This document shows, one piece after another, positions 13,209-14,883 of a stretch of 14,883 bases of DNA. The notes beneath the pieces were generated by a model, which was not told the origin of the DNA, searched no databases, and was given only the letters and a program-made list of their open reading frames with translations. The stretch's first letter is position 1. Each line of letters begins with the position of its first letter. The stretch spans positions 1-14,883 of the forward strand of contig JAZDMQ010000122.1 in the NCBI GenBank assembly GCA_043800755.1. Direction: 5' to 3'. The position numbers and the translations under genes are program-made. The stretch is from a bacterium (GTDB lineage Bacteria > Methylomirabilota > Methylomirabilia > CAVQYV01).

Positions 13209-13709
13209 TTGATCGACTCAGGGGTCCATATCTTGGTGGATACTAACGTGGTAATCGAAGCACATCGGACCCGATGCTGGAAGGCGCTCTTGGGTCGATA
13301 CAGACTGGATACCGTCGAACAGTGCCTCATAGAGCTTGTCTCGGGGAATCAAATGCGGAGGGGCTATGTTCCGGTGGATGCCGATGAGATTCGTTCGGCC
13401 CTGCGGCCCAAATCAGTTACCGAGAAGCAACGGGCTGAATTTCAATCTTTGCTGGCAAACAGGGTGGACCTCGATCCGGGAGAGAGTGATTTGCTCGCCT
13501 ATGCGCGGACCTTACAGGAAGGGACCTACTTTCTATGTTCCCCTGACAAACCGGCTTTATGGGCTACGAGAATCATCGGTGTATTGGACCAAGTGGTTAG
13601 CCTCGAGGAGCTGCTGGAAGGTACGGGTGTGGGCCCTCCTCTCCGAGAGCAGTACACGAAGAAATGGCTGGCGCGTGAAAAGATAAAAATAAGGCTGGAG
13701 GTCCTATGA
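13209..13709 (+). CDS. PIN-like domain protein (putative toxin/RNase), 166 aa
   Basis: PIN-type acidic motifs ILVDTNVVIE, ELV, LDPGESD and SPDK. TTG start with GGAAGG RBS, 12 nt after the XRE-ImmA stop. Confidence 0.75.
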   Translation: MIDSGVHILVDTNVVIEAHRTRCWKALLGRYRLDTVEQCLIELVSGNQMRRGYVPVDADEIRSALRPKSVTEKQRAEFQSLLANRVDLDPGESDLLAYARTLQEGTYFLCSPDKPALWATRIIGVLDQVVSLEELLEGTGVGPPLREQYTKKWLAREKIKIRLEVL

Positions 13710-13797
13710 GCAGCCCCGCTGTTTCCTGCGTACGGCATCTGATGGAAGAATACCGGCGCTTCCTGTATAGCCTGCGGGTAGAAGATTTTCCCAAGGC

Positions 13798-13829
13798 GCC
13801 TGCCTGTGCGTCACCGCACGCAGACAGGC
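13798..13829. repeat. short palindromic element GCCTGCCTGTGCGTCACCGCACGCAGACAGGC
   Basis: GCCTG 13798-13802 / CAGGC 13825-13829 enclose GTGCG-TCAC-CGCAC (13806-13819); intergenic, no U-tract. Confidence 0.5.
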
Positions 13830-13875
13830 CACCGAAACCGGGGCAGTTAGGCCTGTTCGGCCAGGAGTCAGAACT

Positions 13876-14332
13876 GTGAAGGAGAAGCCGACCAGCATTT
13901 CGAAAAAAGAAAGGGCGCCTTTGTATGAGCGTATCCGGCAGATCCTCGAATCGGCCCGGACCAGCATGGCCCGAACGGTCAACACCACCCAGGTGGTGGC
14001 TAACTGGTTGATCGGGAGAGAAATCGTTCCGTGGATAACCTGGAGATGTTCCGCCGCTTCTACTATGAGTATCCGGCCCTGATTTCCGAAGCGATGTCTC
14101 GGAAATTGGATGTGTCGGTAATTTCCGACGCACCGCGTCGGAAATCCCCATCCGAAAAAAGCTCGCCCGGATTGTCGATTGGCTACACACTGCGTGACCA
14201 ATCTTGGCAACCAGGTAAACTCCACCCCAATCTGTCCTGGACCCATTACCGAACCCTCCTGCGCATAGATTGGAGCGATGCCCGCGCCTTCCATGAAATC
14301 GAGGCTATCCAGAACAACTGGTCGGCGCGCGA
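13876..14332 (+). pseudogene. yhcG: YhcG/DUF1016 N-terminal domain remnant (internal frameshifting deletion, 3' truncated)
   Basis: Frame 1 reads LYERIRQILESAR...VNTTQVVANWLIGREIV to 14028. Frame 2 from 14031 reads VDNLEMFRRFY...LSWTHYRTLL...ARAFHEIEAIQNNWSAR. The usual intervening EEEQ..RA.YG..GFS segment and the C-terminal PD-(D/E)xK domain are missing. Confidence 0.85.
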
Positions 14333-14378
14333 CCCCAGCTTTCGCCCCCGGATGCCTTCCGGGGCCGGATTGGTGACG
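14331..14378 (-). repeat. composite REP-like palindrome D
   Basis: Shares TTTCGCCCCCGGATG (14340-14354 = 14487-14501), TCCGGGGCCGG and terminal TGACG with element B. Confidence 0.7.
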
Positions 14379-14418
14379 TGGGAAGGGGTCGAGTGAGGGC
14401 ATGAGGGCATCTTTTTGT

Positions 14419-14446
14419 TGTCATTCCGGCGTAGGCCGGAATCCAG
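14419..14446 (+). repeat. REP-like palindrome A: TGTC-ATTCCGGC-GTAG-GCCGGAAT-CCAG
   Basis: Perfect 8-bp stem (14423-14430 / 14435-14442) with a 5' TGTC tag; 22/28 identical to the reverse complement of 14831-14858. Confidence 0.85.
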
Positions 14447-14474
14447 TGGCTTTGTTAAGTAGAGGATGCACAAA

Positions 14475-14529
14475 CTCGACTCCGGTTTTCGCCCCCGGAT
14501 GGAAGCCCTCCGGGGCCGGCTTGATGACG
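14475..14529 (-). repeat. composite REP-like palindrome B with an inserted inner hairpin
   Basis: Begins CTCGACTCCGGTTTTC, like element C (CTGGACTCCGGTTTTC). Carries an extra CCCCGGA/TCCGGGG hairpin (14493-14499 / 14509-14515) and ends TGACG. Confidence 0.7.
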
Positions 14530-14542
14530 AGACACTACGGCC

Positions 14543-14830
14543 ATGAAGCAACCCTGTGTCTACATACTTGCGAGCAGGAGAAACGGCACTCTCTATGTGG
14601 GGGTAACATCCGACCTGATTAAGCGGGTATCGGAGCACAAGAATGACCTCATGGAAGGCTTCACCAAACGGTACGGGGTTCATATGTTGGTGTGGTTCGA
14701 GACCCACGAGACAATGCTTTCAGCAATTGCCCGAGAGAAGGAAATCAAAGAATGGAAACGACGGTGGAAGTTGGAATTGATAGAACGTTCAAACCCGGGA
14801 TGGGGAGATTTATATCCTGATCTGTTGTAG
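14543..14830 (+). CDS. small stand-alone GIY-YIG endonuclease, 95 aa
   Basis: CVYILAS..NGTLYVGVTSDL..RV.EH, FT.RY, AI.REK.IK.W.R.WK..LIE..NP.W.DL: canonical small GIY-YIG pattern with the catalytic Arg and Glu present. Confidence 0.93.
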   Translation: MKQPCVYILASRRNGTLYVGVTSDLIKRVSEHKNDLMEGFTKRYGVHMLVWFETHETMLSAIAREKEIKEWKRRWKLELIERSNPGWGDLYPDLL

Positions 14831-14858
14831 CTGGACTCCGGTTTTCACCGGAGTGACA
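14831..14858 (-). repeat. REP-like palindrome C: CTGG-ACTCCGGT-TTTC-ACCGGAGT-GACA
   Basis: Perfect 8-bp stem starting right after the GIY-YIG stop; inverted relative to element A. Confidence 0.85.
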
Positions 14859-14883
14859 GATGAGCCGCGGCCTGGAAATCCAC

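Larger units (their letters stand above)
14419..14858 (+). mobile_element. candidate REP-flanked GIY-YIG element (440 bp)
   Basis: Nuclease gene bracketed by inverted, covarying hairpins A and C. No target-site duplication is visible, so mobility is inferred only. Confidence 0.4.

Noticed and set aside
14394-14409. Tandem TGAGGGCA x2 as a target-site duplication
   Set aside because: The copies are adjacent and do not flank any element; no matching copy at the far end of the GIY-YIG unit.
13597-14707. Minus-strand ORFs 13597-14190, 13704-14402, 14246-14707 and + strand ORF 14401-14622
   Set aside because: They overlap the yhcG remnant, REP-like repeats and GIY-YIG gene, and their translations are explained by those features.

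Overview
GC-rich bacterial defence-island window; every credible gene is on the + strand. The core is a four-gene restriction-like operon joined by ATGA stop/start overlaps: DUF499 ATPase (904-3828), DUF3780-like small protein (3825-4253), DUF1156 amino-methyltransferase (5020-8013) and PLD-nuclease/SNF2 helicase (8010-11650, split by a 1-nt frameshift). This matches the Gao_RL-type layout. Inside the operon, between ATGAA direct repeats, sits a cassette made of a consensus sigma70 promoter, a ~65-nt branched RNA with a U-tract, and an intact NYN (LabA/DUF88-like PIN) nuclease gene. A diverged, decayed second copy of this cassette lies at 5-~309, and its RNA stem keeps its pairing despite substitutions. 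This RNA + NYN module is the best candidate for an undescribed system, possibly a type III-like RNA-antitoxin/RNase or an attenuated abortive-infection effector. Downstream are an XRE-ImmA/IrrE protease + PIN gene pair with a palindromic promoter, a yhcG/DUF1016 remnant, and a small GIY-YIG nuclease bracketed by covarying REP-like hairpins. All family calls come from motifs recognised by eye; no database search was run.
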